A stretch of 64,000 bases of DNA from Paragordius varius (lineage: Eukaryota; Animalia; Nematomorpha): positions 13,392,001 through 13,456,000 of the forward strand of contig OZ176054.1 of assembly GCA_964247055.1 (NCBI GenBank), in the 5' to 3' direction. Both the position numbers and the translations under genes were made by a program. The notes below the pieces were generated by a model. It had not been told where the DNA came from, did no database searches, and worked only from the letters and a program-made list of their open reading frames with translations. Shown here one piece after another: positions 63,313 to 64,000 of this stretch (the first letter of the stretch is position 1; the number at the start of each line of letters is the position of its first letter).

Positions 63313-63948
63313 ATGTTTGAACAAAAACCACTCTTTGGGGGAACATCTTCCTTTATTTTCGGGCAACAAACTCAATCAACTCAAAATATATTTGGGACTT
63401 CAAGTTTATTAATTTATTTCCTATTATAAAAATATGTTTTTTTTCCATTATGCAGTATTACAAATCATAAAATAAATTACAAATAAATATTATTTAAAGA
63501 CAACTATTTTTCAATATTCCACCATTGTTTTGTGTTGAAAAGAAATAAGATGTAAATTAATTGTAATCATAAGTCAGCCGTGTTTAATACAAATAGCTTC
63601 GCGGGCCGCATCTCAAAAATATGTCGGCATCAACAAATATTTTATTAAATTCCAAGCGTAAGACTGTAAAATATTATTTATTTTAACAAACAATTTCTTG
63701 TCAAAATTTACAAGAATATTTAAAAAAATGTTCGAAGTGCCGCATGGAAAATGTGCTTCTTTCATCTTTTACGTTTATTTTCTTTTCTATATAGTTTTAT
63801 TCTTTTCTCGTTTTAGATCCAACTCAAGCTGTGGATCCTTTCGGACAACACCCGCAACCCTCGGCGACCCCTTCTCTGTTCGGTCAACAACCAACCAATC
63901 CTTCAACAAATTTGTTTCAACCTCAAACACCTGGTACATCGGCTTTCT
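63313..63948 (+). CDS. 5' exons of an FG-repeat nucleoporin (Nup98-like N-terminus most likely); continues past the window
   Basis: Exon 63313-63403 MFEQKPLFGGTSSFIFGQQTQSTQNIFGTS joins in phase 1 to exon 63817-63948 NPTQAVDPFGQHPQPSATPSLFGQQPTNPSTNLFQPQ (strong GTAAGT donor). FG motifs sit in Q/S/T spacers from Met1. Confidence 0.75.
63577..63650 (+). mobile_element. Truncated left end of the Buster-type MITE family of 51107 (an inverted end is also at ~28870-28906)
   Basis: ACAAATAGCTTCGCGGGCCG...CAACAAATATTTTATTAAATT shared with 51120-51180. Confidence 0.6.
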
Positions 63949-64000
63949 GTAAGTTAAACTTTTTAGATAATTTTGTCATTTAGTTTTTGAAATCGAAATA

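Noticed and set aside
6109-63948. Functional cluster of KANSL3 with a Nup98-like gene (NSL-Nup98 interaction is reported in Drosophila)
   Set aside because: The genes are 50 kb apart with unrelated genes between them, and the nucleoporin identity is not established; likely coincidence.

Overview
This is AT-rich eukaryotic (animal-like) genomic DNA, not prokaryotic. It uses the standard code and GT-AG introns, and is dense in transposon remnants. Genes recognised from remembered family motifs (no database search was run): KANSL3 (minus, ~6.1-11.7 kb); a head-to-head, highly divergent IFT122-like gene (plus, ~11.8-19.0 kb); SH3BGR-family (minus, ~24 kb); promethin/LDAF1-like (plus, 45.3-46.7 kb); and the 5' end of an FG-repeat nucleoporin (63.3 kb onward). 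Unrecognised genes include two paralogous Ser/Thr/Lys-rich genes, two multi-exon extracellular-glycoprotein-like genes and several orphan exons. A direct segmental duplication (1-~3.6 kb vs ~18.6-22.3 kb) carries the IFT122-like last exon and the Ser-rich gene. Several introns are only 25-33 nt while others are multi-kb and TE-filled; this resembles orthonectid/dicyemid-type genomes, but the taxon is unverified. Mobile DNA includes roughly 25 copies of a TA-flanked Tc1/pogo-type MITE, piggyBac-like (TTAA) MITEs, hAT/Buster MITEs, non-autonomous Helitrons, a 1.2-kb foldback element, a TIR element with a variable 21-bp palindromic tandem array, and an RTE-clade LINE relic with a 5' inversion. 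No rRNA, canonical tRNA or CRISPR array was found. Exon boundaries were derived by hand and are predictions.
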